Below, in pieces: positions 13,432-23,953 of a DNA stretch of 64,000 bases (its first letter is position 1; each line of letters opens with the position of its first letter). The notes beneath the pieces were generated by a model. The model had not been told where the DNA came from, ran no database searches, and was given only the letters and a program-made list of their open reading frames with translations. The stretch is from Brevundimonas sp. GTDB lineage: Bacteria > Pseudomonadota > Alphaproteobacteria > Caulobacterales > Caulobacteraceae. A program made the translations under genes and the position numbers. The stretch spans positions 21,538 to 85,537 of the forward strand of contig JAUYAG010000190.1 of the NCBI GenBank assembly GCA_030693575.1, read 5' to 3'.

Positions 13432-14787
13432 CTAAACGCTTTCCATCACCTCGCCGTGCAGGTGTCCGTCCAGGCCCTCGTCTTCCTGGGCGGCGGTGAC
13501 GCGCAGACCGGTGGTGAACTTGCAGACGATCAGGATCAGGAAGGTCACCACGGCGCTCCAGCCGATGGTGACGCCCAGACCCCAGACCTGTTTGGCCACG
13601 CTGGCACCCTCGGCGACGCCATTGACGGCGGCCGAGGCGAAAACGCCGGTCAGAACGGCACCCAGGATGCCGCCGGCCCCGTGGATGCCGAAGGCGTCGA
13701 GACTGTCGTCGTAGCGCAGCAGCTTCTTGATCCAGACTGAAGCGGCGTAGCAGACCGGACCCGAAGCCAGGCCGATGATCACCGCGCCCTTCGGATCAAC
13801 CAGACCGGCCGCGGGGGTAATAGCCACCAGACCGGCGATCAGACCGGACAGCACGCCGATCAGCGACGGTTTCCGCTTCTCCATGATCTCGACGATCTTC
13901 CAGGTCAGGGACCCGGCCATGGCTGCCAGGATGGTGTTCAGCAGGGCGATCGAGGCGATCGAGTCCGCTGTCCAGGCCGAGCCGGCGTTGAAACCGATCC
14001 AGCCGACGAGCAGTAGCGAGGCGCCGATCATGGTCAGCACGGGGTTGTGGGCGACGATGCTCTCCTTGCCGTAGCCCTTCCGGGCACCGAGGAAGATGGC
14101 GCAGACCAGACCGGCCACACCCGCGTTGACGTGCACAACGGCACCGCCGGCGAAGTCCAGCACGCCCGCCGCGCCGAGGAAGCCGCCGCCCCAGACCCAG
14201 TGACAGATCGGGGCATAGACCAGCAGGGTCCACAGCCCGGTGAACAGCAGCAGGCCGGAGTATTTGATCCGCTCGGCGAACGCTCCCGCGATCAGCGCCG
14301 GCGTGATGATGGCGAAGGTCAGCTGATAGGCGATCCAGAGGAACTCCGGCAGGCCGGGCGCCAGACTGTGCGCCGTCGTTATAGTGACGCCGTTCAGGAA
14401 CAGGGCCTGGAAGGACCCAATGTAGCTCTGCACCTCATCGCCGGAATAGCCGCCGATCGGCTGGCCGACACCGAAGGACAGGCCGTAGCCGGCGATGAAC
14501 CAGGCGAGCGTCACGACGGAGGCGACGCCCAGCGACTGGGTGATGGTGGCTATGACGTTCTTGCGGCGCACCATGCCGCCGTAAAACAGGGCCAGACCCG
14601 GCAAGGTCATCAGCAGAACCAGGGCGGTCGAGGTCAGGATCCAGCCGGTGGCGGCCCCGTCAAGCACCAGCGGTACCTGATGCGCCAAAAGCGCGGGCGG
14701 CGCGCTGGCAGCCGCCGAGGCCGTGCCGGCGACGCCTCCAGCCAGTACAACAAGTACACTCACAAGCCCGGTACGAAGTCGTGTCAT
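13432..14787 (-). CDS. amtB: Ammonium transporter
   Basis: About 11 TM helices and Amt signatures (FYGGMVRRKNV, DFAGGAVVH, DDSLDAFGIHGAGG). I chose the ATG at 14787 (GGGGGA 4 nt upstream). The ORF track starts 7 codons earlier, at 14808. Confidence 0.9.
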   Translation of the reverse strand: MTRLRTGLVSVLVVLAGGVAGTASAAASAPPALLAHQVPLVLDGAATGWILTSTALVLLMTLPGLALFYGGMVRRKNVIATITQSLGVASVVTLAWFIAGYGLSFGVGQPIGGYSGDEVQSYIGSFQALFLNGVTITTAHSLAPGLPEFLWIAYQLTFAIITPALIAGAFAERIKYSGLLLFTGLWTLLVYAPICHWVWGGGFLGAAGVLDFAGGAVVHVNAGVAGLVCAIFLGARKGYGKESIVAHNPVLTMIGASLLLVGWIGFNAGSAWTADSIASIALLNTILAAMAGSLTWKIVEIMEKRKPSLIGVLSGLIAGLVAITPAAGLVDPKGAVIIGLASGPVCYAASVWIKKLLRYDDSLDAFGIHGAGGILGAVLTGVFASAAVNGVAEGASVAKQVWGLGVTIGWSAVVTFLILIVCKFTTGLRVTAAQEDEGLDGHLHGEVMESV

Positions 14788-14810
14788 TTGATCCCCCAAG
14801 GACAACATTA

Positions 14811-14844
14811 CGCATTTGCGAAATGTTTACCGCGTTTGCGAAAT
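14811..14844. repeat. Direct repeat CGC(A/G)TTTGCGAAAT x2 with a 20-bp period, immediately upstream of amtB
   Basis: Read directly at 14811-14824 and 14831-14844. This is 24-57 bp upstream of the amtB ATG. Confidence 0.6.
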
Positions 14845-15164
14845 TAGCAAGCGGACCGAGGGTGCGAGAAGATCAATTAGTGCCCAGCTATCCCGAAAAC
14901 CGCCGGATTTGTGAGCATCTTTTGGCTCATTTGGGCCAATATCTGCACTGATTATGCCGCAATAGGTCCTTCGCTAGTGCAGCATTTTTTGGCTTGCCCC
15001 GATTTTCGGGAAGACTCTCCGCACACTGTTTTATGGCGAGACGCCGCCCGCCTGGACCCTGAGCGCCGACGCGCACGCCCGGAAATCGCCGTCATGGCGA
15101 CTGCCGGGGATGCCGATAGCGGATCGTGTGGTGAGGCCCGGCAGGCGGGCGTTCAATCTGACTT

Positions 15165-17012
15165 CTAGCGGCCCCGACGCTCGAACAGGTCGGCCAGGGA
15201 CTTCAGCCGGGTCTTGTTCAACCCGGTGGCCTTGCCCGAGGCCTCGTTCAGAAGGCCGGCGAGCGTCGCCGCGCCACGCCGGTCAACGCGACCGCCACGA
15301 CGCCATTGGTCGATTCCGGCCTGGACCTGTCCGGCGAGCACTGCTTCCACGCCACTGGCCCGGTTCAGCTGGTCCAGATAGGCCGCAGCGACGTCCGGCG
15401 TGTCGGCCCAGGTGATCCGGGTCTGGGTCTGGGGGTTGATTGTCTCCATGGACACAGCCTCGGCCGCCGCGATTTCGGCCACCGACAGATGCTCGCTCGG
15501 AACCAGCCGAAGCACATCAAGACCGCGCGCGATCTCGCTGGAATAGATCCGGCCATTCAACCAGTAGGCCGACCATGAGCCGCCCACGTAGAGACGGTTC
15601 GCGTCAATCGGCCCCCGGTCGAAGAAGGCGATCTCCACCGGCTTGGCCGGATCGGTGAAGTCCATGATCGAGACGCCGCCCTGATACCAGGCCTGAACCA
15701 TCAGGTCGCGGCCGGGGACCGGAATGATCATCCCGTTGTGGGCGACGCAGTTTTCCGTCGCGCCCTGGGCGCTCGGCAGCTTGTGGAAGCTCTTGCCCGC
15801 GAGGGTGCGGTTTTCGATCGTCGCGATCATGTTGGCGCCCCAGGTCGCGGGGTCCGTGGCCTGACAGCGGGCGCCGATGCCGCCGCCCCATTCGTCGGTG
15901 AAGACGACCTTGTCGCCGGTGTTGTTGAATGTGGCCGAGTGCCAGTAGGCCATGTCCGGGTCGAAGATGTCCGACGTCCGGCGCGGGTTCTCCGGATCGG
16001 AAATGTCCAGAAGGATGCCGTTGCCGCTGCACGCGCCAGCCGCCAGCCCGATTTCCGGGAAGACGGTAATGTCGTGGCACTGGTTGGTCTGGGCGGTGTT
16101 CTGGCTGGCGATGCCGGCCCGGCCTCCACGCCACAGACCCGCCACGCGACCGGTCTGGCTATCGGCGAAGATGCGCGGCCGGTTGACGATGGCTGCGTCC
16201 TGCGGGCGGTTCAGCTCCACCTTGATCACGTCGATCGAGAACAGGGCGGTCTCGGGATTCTGGTCCGGCTGGCCGTCGGTGCAGATCGCCAGCTCGGCCG
16301 CGCCGCGCACGTCGGCCGTGCCGGAGTTGTAGACGTACAGGACATTGGCGTCCGTCGGATGCGGGACCAGCGTATGGGTGTGCGAGCCCCGGCAGGTCTG
16401 GACGGCGGCGATCTGGCGCGGCGCGTTCAGGTCGCTGATGTCGAAGATGCGGACGCCGCGGAAGCGCTGGCTGACGACATCGTCCTCATTGGTCGCGGCA
16501 CCGCAGTTCAACCGGCCCCGGTTCTCCTCGACCGACATGAACAGCAGATCGCCGTGCACCGAGACGTCGCCCTGCCCGCCCGGACAGACGACCGACATGA
16601 CCAACTGGGGCGCGCCGTCGCCGGAAATGTCATAGGCGTTGAAGCCGTTGAAATTGCCCACGAACAGTTTGCCGTCAGACACCGCCATATCGGTATTGGC
16701 CCGGCCCAGCGGGCTGAAGTTCGGATTGCCCCCCGCCCGGGCCATCATCGCCTCGCCTTCCTCACGGCTGGTCGGCGGCGAGAAGCCGATGTCGGGATCC
16801 GCAAACCCCGGTGCCATGCCGAGGGCATGTTCCAGCGCCATGCCGGACGCCAGTTGACCGGCATCCGCCAGGCCGGCTGCCAGTGTGCTGCGGCCGTCGG
16901 GCTGAACAAGCTGCGCGTCCCCCGGCCCTGTTGACTGGGCGGCGGCGCCGTTGGCCCCCAACAGCAGCCCCAGGGCGGCGACAGTGGAAAGCAGGGTGCT
17001 GCGAACGTTCAT
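15165..17012 (-). CDS. Secreted beta-propeller protein with LVIVD-like repeats
   Basis: Signal peptide (..GANGAAAQ). Recurrent hydrophobic-strand + D(I/V)SDP units are present (RIFDISDLNAP, ILLDISDPENP, SIMDFTDPAKP, GLDVLRL). Confidence 0.6.
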   Translation of the reverse strand: MNVRSTLLSTVAALGLLLGANGAAAQSTGPGDAQLVQPDGRSTLAAGLADAGQLASGMALEHALGMAPGFADPDIGFSPPTSREEGEAMMARAGGNPNFSPLGRANTDMAVSDGKLFVGNFNGFNAYDISGDGAPQLVMSVVCPGGQGDVSVHGDLLFMSVEENRGRLNCGAATNEDDVVSQRFRGVRIFDISDLNAPRQIAAVQTCRGSHTHTLVPHPTDANVLYVYNSGTADVRGAAELAICTDGQPDQNPETALFSIDVIKVELNRPQDAAIVNRPRIFADSQTGRVAGLWRGGRAGIASQNTAQTNQCHDITVFPEIGLAAGACSGNGILLDISDPENPRRTSDIFDPDMAYWHSATFNNTGDKVVFTDEWGGGIGARCQATDPATWGANMIATIENRTLAGKSFHKLPSAQGATENCVAHNGMIIPVPGRDLMVQAWYQGGVSIMDFTDPAKPVEIAFFDRGPIDANRLYVGGSWSAYWLNGRIYSSEIARGLDVLRLVPSEHLSVAEIAAAEAVSMETINPQTQTRITWADTPDVAAAYLDQLNRASGVEAVLAGQVQAGIDQWRRGGRVDRRGAATLAGLLNEASGKATGLNKTRLKSLADLFERRGR

Positions 17013-17034
17013 GGCCGGTCCTTGAGGAAGGGAT

Positions 17035-17727
17035 TCAGAGGTCAGACAAAAGGGACTGCATACGCAGGATCTCCGCCGACTGGTCGGAGACGACGGAGGT
17101 GGTGAAGTCGGACAGGGTCGTGTCCTCGGCCGCGTCCGGATTGACCAGCAAGGCGTCGACCATGTCGAGCGCCCCCTGGTGGTGCCGGATCATGCCTTCG
17201 AGAAACAGACGGTCGAAGGCCGGACCGCTCGCGGCGGCCAGAGCCTGCATCTGCGCCGGCGACAGCATGCCGGCCATGATGGGCGTATCGGACGGCGGCA
17301 TGACATGGCCGGCATGGGCCGAGTGGTCCATGCCGGCATGCCCGCCGCCCATTCCCGGCATTTCCAGCGGCTGGCCGCGATCGGTCAGCCAGCCGCGCAT
17401 CAGGGCGATCTCGGCTTCCTGACTGAGTGCGATCCGCTGGCCAAGTCGACGGACCGTCGGATGGACGCCGCGCGTGCGCAGCAGTTCGACCATCTCCACG
17501 GCCTGGCCGTGGTGAACGATCATGTGCTGCATGAAGGCGACGTCATCGGCCGTGAAGCTGGTTCGGCCGAGCTCCACCGCCTCCGCGGTGCTGATGACGC
17601 GCGAGGGCGCGCCCGGCGCGCCGGGGTTGAAGATCGGCGGAGTCTGCGGACCCGCCGCAAACCCGGCCAGTCCAGCCAGCCATAGCGCCGCGGCGGCACC
17701 CGCGACCAAGGCCCTAGCCTCCGGCAC
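17035..17727 (-). CDS. DUF305 family periplasmic protein
   Basis: Two copies of the DUF305-type helix pair with HH motifs (FMQHMIVHHGQAVEM; FLEGMIRHHQGALDM), plus a Met/His-rich linker (MPGMGGGHAGMDHSAHAGHVM). Confidence 0.75.
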   Translation of the reverse strand: MPEARALVAGAAAALWLAGLAGFAAGPQTPPIFNPGAPGAPSRVISTAEAVELGRTSFTADDVAFMQHMIVHHGQAVEMVELLRTRGVHPTVRRLGQRIALSQEAEIALMRGWLTDRGQPLEMPGMGGGHAGMDHSAHAGHVMPPSDTPIMAGMLSPAQMQALAAASGPAFDRLFLEGMIRHHQGALDMVDALLVNPDAAEDTTLSDFTTSVVSDQSAEILRMQSLLSDL

Positions 17728-18079
17728 CGACGACGCTGAACTTGCCGTCGCCTTCCTGGCCGATGAACCAGTTCATCGTCTGTCCGCTGGCGAATTTGAC
17801 GCTGTAGGTCTCGACCTTCCCCTCGGGCGTATCCCGGGTGCTCACAAAGGTCATCGTCTCGATCGCGCCGAGCGCCCGGAGCGCGGGCGACATTGCGGCG
17901 ATCTGACCATTGCAGGCGTCAAGCAGGGGCTGTGCCATCAACTCGGCGAGGCAGGTTCCCTGGGCGGCCTCGCCGATGATCCGGGTCAGCTGTGGCGCGT
18001 ACTGGCCATCCTCGGCCATCGCCGGAAACGCCATCAACCCGGCCGCGGCCACACCGGCCAACATCGTACCTATACGCAT
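17714..18079 (-). CDS. Small secreted hypothetical protein
   Basis: Start at MRIGTMLAGVAAAGLMAFPAMA with a strong GGGAGAGAAG RBS. Its stop overlaps the start of the DUF305 gene by 14 nt. Confidence 0.5.
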   Translation of the reverse strand: MRIGTMLAGVAAAGLMAFPAMAEDGQYAPQLTRIIGEAAQGTCLAELMAQPLLDACNGQIAAMSPALRALGAIETMTFVSTRDTPEGKVETYSVKFASGQTMNWFIGQEGDGKFSVVGAGG

Positions 18080-18210
18080 GCTTCTCTCCCTCAGGGCTCC
18101 AACCCGAACGGGCGAGACCATGACCCAGCCTGAGAAGCGTCACAACCTACCTGCGCGTGACAAAGAGTTCATGCTGCGGCCCGTCGCGCGGGGCGGAGTC
18201 CGACGCCCGC

Positions 18211-19749
<1,539 letters not shown>

Positions 19750-19777
19750 GGGACGGCTCCGGCGGGGGGACTGGAGG

Positions 19778-21430
19778 TTAAACCGGCAAGGCCGCGCTGA
19801 GTTCACGGACATCCTTGTTCAGGATGCGGTCGTTGTCGGCATAGTCGATGGGCACCTCGACCACATGAACCCCCGGTGTATCAAGACACTGTTTGAGCAG
19901 GGCCGGCATGCTCTCGGCCGAGGTCACGCGATGGCCGTGGGCGCCATAGCTCTCGGCGTATTTGACGAAGTCCGGATTGCCGTAGGTCAGGCCCCAGTCC
20001 GCGAAGCCCATATTGGCCTGTTTCCAGCGGATCATGCCGTAGCTGTTGTCGTTGAGGATCAGCACCACGAGGTTCAGCTTCAGCCGGACCGCGGTCTCCA
20101 GCTCCTGACTGTTCATCATGAAGCCCCCGTCGCCACAGACGGCCATGACCTTGCGGTTCGGGAAGATCATGCTGGAGGCCATGGCCGACGGCAGGCCCGC
20201 CCCCATGGTCGCCAGCGCGTTGTCGACCAGGAAGGTGTTGGGCATGTGCGCCGGATAGCTGCGCGTGAACCAGATCTTGTAGACGCCATTGTCGAGACAC
20301 AGGATCCCGTCGGACGGCATCACCTTGCGGACCTGGTCGACCAGATACTGCGGATAGACCGGGCAGCGCAGGTCGCCGACGGCGGCGGCGGTGTGATCCA
20401 TCTCCGCCTTGTGGGCGCGGACCATGGACTCGAACGTCCAGTGCGGCTGGGCCGACAGGCGCTCCTTGATCTGCCAGATCGCATTGGCGATATCGCCGAC
20501 CACCTCGATCTGGGGAAAATAGACCGGATCGACCTCGGCCGTCCGGAAGCCGATGTGGATCACGTCGCATCCGCCCGGCTTCATGAAGAAGGGCGGTTTC
20601 TCGATCACGTCATGACCGACGTTGATGATCACATCGGCCGCCTCGATCACCCGGTGGACGAAGTCGCCGGACGACAGGGCCGCGCAGCCAAGGTATTTCG
20701 GGTTGCGCTCGTCGATCACGCCCTTGCCCAGCTGGGTGGTGATGTAGGGAATACCGGTCTTTTCAACCAGTTCGGTCAGCATCCGGCTGGTCAGCTTGCG
20801 GTTTGCGCCCGCCCCGATGATCAGCAGCGGCGACTTCGCCCGGGCGATGCGGTCGGCGGCGATGCGGATCGACTTGTCGTCCGCCACCGGGCGGCGCACC
20901 TGGCTGGCGACGATAACCGGCGAGGTCGTCTGCTCATGGGCGACGTCCTCGGGAAACTCCAGATGGGTGGCGCCGGGCTTCTCTTCCTGCGCCAGCCGCA
21001 CCGCCTCCCGCACCCTCGCCGGGATGTTGTCGGCCGAGGCCAGCTGGTGGGTGAATTTGGTGATCGGCCGCATCATGTCGACCACGTCGAGGATCTGGAA
21101 CCGGCCCTGTTTGGATGACTTGATCGGCTTCTGTCCGGTGATCATCAGCATCGGCATCCCGCCCAGCTGGGCATAGGCGGCGGCGGTTACCAGATTGGTC
21201 GCGCCGGGCCCCAGGGTCGCCAGGCAGACGCCGGCCTTGCCCGTGTGCCGGCCGTAGGTCGCGGCCATGAAGCCTGCGCCCTGCTCATGGCGGGTCAGGA
21301 TCAATTTGATCTTCCTGCTGCGTGACAGGCTGTCGAGGAAGTCGAGGTTCTCCTCGCCCGGCACGCCGAAGACGTATTCGCAGCCTTCCTCTTCCAGACA
21401 GGCGACAAAGAGGTCCGAGGCCTTGGTCAT
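19778..21430 (-). CDS. Acetolactate-synthase-like thiamine-diphosphate enzyme
   Basis: MTKASDLFVACLEEEGCEYVFGVPGEENL... with TPP-binding GDGGFMMNSQELET. GGAGAAG RBS before the ATG at 21430. The in-frame upstream extension to 21691 is discussed in findings. Confidence 0.85.
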   Translation of the reverse strand: MTKASDLFVACLEEEGCEYVFGVPGEENLDFLDSLSRSRKIKLILTRHEQGAGFMAATYGRHTGKAGVCLATLGPGATNLVTAAAYAQLGGMPMLMITGQKPIKSSKQGRFQILDVVDMMRPITKFTHQLASADNIPARVREAVRLAQEEKPGATHLEFPEDVAHEQTTSPVIVASQVRRPVADDKSIRIAADRIARAKSPLLIIGAGANRKLTSRMLTELVEKTGIPYITTQLGKGVIDERNPKYLGCAALSSGDFVHRVIEAADVIINVGHDVIEKPPFFMKPGGCDVIHIGFRTAEVDPVYFPQIEVVGDIANAIWQIKERLSAQPHWTFESMVRAHKAEMDHTAAAVGDLRCPVYPQYLVDQVRKVMPSDGILCLDNGVYKIWFTRSYPAHMPNTFLVDNALATMGAGLPSAMASSMIFPNRKVMAVCGDGGFMMNSQELETAVRLKLNLVVLILNDNSYGMIRWKQANMGFADWGLTYGNPDFVKYAESYGAHGHRVTSAESMPALLKQCLDTPGVHVVEVPIDYADNDRILNKDVRELSAALPV

Positions 21431-21750
21431 CGTCTTCTCCAATACGGGAGCGGCGGCCGTCGCAGGCGCGGCGGGTGCGGATGGGGGAAGCGCTACGGGC
21501 TGGGCTTGTTCCGGCAAGGCGGAGGGATGGTCCGGCAAGGGCCGGCGACGGCCTCGCACCATGGCGGCCAGCACGGCGATCAGCCCGCCGGCCAGCAGCA
21601 CGCCGGCCACCAGGGGATTGGAGAGCGCCGGCAGGATCGCGTCCTGTATCGATGACACCGTCATTCCGCCCAGCCCCCGCCCGCGCGGCACCTTGAACCG
21701 GAACGCTGTTCTTTGTCACGCGAGGTCGCGTGGCGCGATAGTCCGTCCGA

Positions 21751-22950
21751 TCAGGCTCCAGGCACGCGAAGCCCGCGCGCCGCCTCGGTCAGGGCGGCCT
21801 GCTCGGTCGGTGAATCGGCGAAGGCACGCATCCCGTTGCGATACGCCGCCGTCGCCGCGGCGCTGTCGCCCAGCACCATCCGCGCCCGCATCAGCCGCAC
21901 CCAGCCTTCGCGGTCACGCGGCGAGGTCCGGAGCCGCTCCTCGAGCCCCCCGACCATCCCCTGGATCATGGCCTGCCGGTCCGCCTCGGACATGGAGCCG
22001 GCTTCGGCGACCTGGGCCGCTGTCGGCCCGGGAATTCCGGGGGGAACCACCGCCGGAGCAGAAGACCCCGCCGGCGCCGGCCGCAGACGGCTGGAAATGT
22101 CCTGCCCCCGCTCGCGCGCCAGATCCTCGACGAAGGTGCGGACCTCGGCAGCCCAGGGCGCGCCGGCCGGGGCTGAATTGATCAGATCGATCCAGGCGGT
22201 CATCGCCGCCTCGCGTTCGCCGCGCTGGTCCATCTCGACAGCGACGAAATAGCGGGCGCGGGGATCCTGCGGATCCGCGCGCAGGGCGCCGCGGAAGGCG
22301 GTCAGGGCGGCCGGCGTCACCTGCCCTCCTCCGGCCTGGACGAGGGCCTCCCCCTGGGCCGAGAAATGCTCGGCGTTCGTCGGCTCCAGCGTCGCCGCGC
22401 GGCCATAGGCCTCCGCCGCGTCGGCGAACCGGCCGGTCTGGAAATAGGACCAGCCGAGCATGCGCCAGCCGTTGACGTCCTCCGGCGTCTGGCGAAGCTG
22501 GGCCTCCAGCTGCACGATCATGGCCGGGACATCCGCCCCGTCGTGGGCCGCATCAGCCGGCGCTGCCGCCACGGCTGCGGCGCGAGGGCCGGCCCCGGGA
22601 AGGTCTGGTCTGCCCAGCAGCGCGTACAGACCGGCACCGCCGAGGGCTACGACTGCCGCGAGGCCAAGGGCCAGCCGGAGCAGGGCCTTCTCGCCCAGCG
22701 GACGGCGGGTCGGTGTCGTCTCGACGCCCTCCGCCAGCGCGCGACGCTCGACCTCGAGACGCAGGGCCGCGATGTCCTCCGCCGGGGCCGTGCCCGCCTC
22801 CGCCTGCCGGTCGAGATCGGCCAGTTGCGCCTTGAGCACCTCGGCGGAGGTGGTCCGCCGGTCCAGCACGCCGCCGGGGCGGATCAGCGGTATGGCCAGC
22901 CCGACCACGGCCACGGCGATCATCAGGGTCAGGACAATCCAGAGGATCAT
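21751..22950 (-). CDS. ccmI: Cytochrome c-type biogenesis protein CcmI (CycH), TPR protein
   Basis: N-terminal TM, a second TM, then TPR-like repeats. It is the last gene of a ccmF-G-H-I run with ATGA overlaps. Confidence 0.8.
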   Translation of the reverse strand: MILWIVLTLMIAVAVVGLAIPLIRPGGVLDRRTTSAEVLKAQLADLDRQAEAGTAPAEDIAALRLEVERRALAEGVETTPTRRPLGEKALLRLALGLAAVVALGGAGLYALLGRPDLPGAGPRAAAVAAAPADAAHDGADVPAMIVQLEAQLRQTPEDVNGWRMLGWSYFQTGRFADAAEAYGRAATLEPTNAEHFSAQGEALVQAGGGQVTPAALTAFRGALRADPQDPRARYFVAVEMDQRGEREAAMTAWIDLINSAPAGAPWAAEVRTFVEDLARERGQDISSRLRPAPAGSSAPAVVPPGIPGPTAAQVAEAGSMSEADRQAMIQGMVGGLEERLRTSPRDREGWVRLMRARMVLGDSAAATAAYRNGMRAFADSPTEQAALTEAARGLRVPGA

Positions 22951-23420
22951 GGTGCGTCACCGGCTTTCAGAATGTCTGCGAGCGCGCCGCGCTCCTCGGC
23001 CGACAGCGGCGCGGGATCGGCGCCGCCGGCGCGACTGCGGCGTCTCAGATAGAGGGCGAGGCCGATGCCGCCGGGGATCAGCACCAGCAGCGGCGCGCTC
23101 CACAACAGGATGGTCTGCAGGTCCAGCGGCGGCTTCAGCAGGACGAAATTGCCGTAGCGGGCGACGATATAGGCCATCACCTCCTCGTCGGTGTCCCCCG
23201 CCGTCAGCCGCTCGCGCACAATGGCCCTCAGGTCGGCGGCGAGCGGCGCGTCAGAGTCGTCGATCGACTGGTTCTGGCAGACGACGCAGCGCAGTTCCTG
23301 GCTGATCGTCCGCGCCCGCGCCTCGAGCACGGGATCGGCCAGCTGCTCTTCCGGCAGCACCGCCGCCACGGGCCCCGCGATCAACAGGGCGCAGAACAGG
23401 CCGAGGACGAAACGTCTCAT
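22947..23420 (-). CDS. ccmH: Cytochrome c-type biogenesis protein CcmH (CycL)
   Basis: Signal peptide plus the LRCVVCQNQSIDDS motif (CxxC) and a C-terminal TM. The real start is MRRFVLG at 23420, not the 339-aa ORF-track start. Confidence 0.85.
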   Translation of the reverse strand: MRRFVLGLFCALLIAGPVAAVLPEEQLADPVLEARARTISQELRCVVCQNQSIDDSDAPLAADLRAIVRERLTAGDTDEEVMAYIVARYGNFVLLKPPLDLQTILLWSAPLLVLIPGGIGLALYLRRRSRAGGADPAPLSAEERGALADILKAGDAP

Positions 23421-23953
23421 GTCTCGTTCTCCAGTCGGTCCAGCATGGGCTTCAGCGTCTCCGTCCAGACCTCGGGGGTGATCGGACCGACGTGGCGGTA
23501 GCGGACCCGGCCGTGTCCGTCGATGACGAAGGTCTCGGGCGCGCCTGTGACGCCGAAATCGATGCCGGTGCGGCCGCGCGGGTCCGAACCGATCAGGGTG
23601 TAGGGATTGCCCCGCTGGGCCAGCCATTCGGCCCCGTCGGCCGGCTCGTCCTTCCAGTCCAGCCCATGGATGGTCACGCCCTGCGACTGGAGACGCAGCA
23701 GCATCGGATGCTCGATGACGCAGGCCACACACCATGAGGCGAAGACGTTGAGCAGCACAGGCTTGCCAGTGAAGTCCGACGACGCCAGCCCCACGGTATC
23801 CTCGGGCGTCAGACCGGGCAGGTCGAAGGTCGGGATCGGCCGGTCGATCAGCATGGACGGCAGGATGCTGGGATCGCGACGAAGGCCCAGACCGAGGGCC
23901 GCGGCGACCATCAGGAACAGGGCGATCGGAATGATGAAGGCCAGCCGCCTCAT
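23417..23953 (-). CDS. ccmG: Thiol:disulfide interchange protein DsbE/CcmG
   Basis: N-terminal anchor and thioredoxin-fold motif FASWCVACVIEHP. Confidence 0.85.
   Translation of the reverse strand: MRRLAFIIPIALFLMVAAALGLGLRRDPSILPSMLIDRPIPTFDLPGLTPEDTVGLASSDFTGKPVLLNVFASWCVACVIEHPMLLRLQSQGVTIHGLDWKDEPADGAEWLAQRGNPYTLIGSDPRGRTGIDFGVTGAPETFVIDGHGRVRYRHVGPITPEVWTETLKPMLDRLENET

Noticed and set aside
14911-15168. 85-aa plus-strand ORF in the amtB upstream region
   Set aside because: It has no RBS, a GTG start in the AT-rich patch, no recognisable motif, and it ends inside the 3' end of the LVIVD gene. I treat it as non-coding, though a small RNA there is not excluded (see finding).
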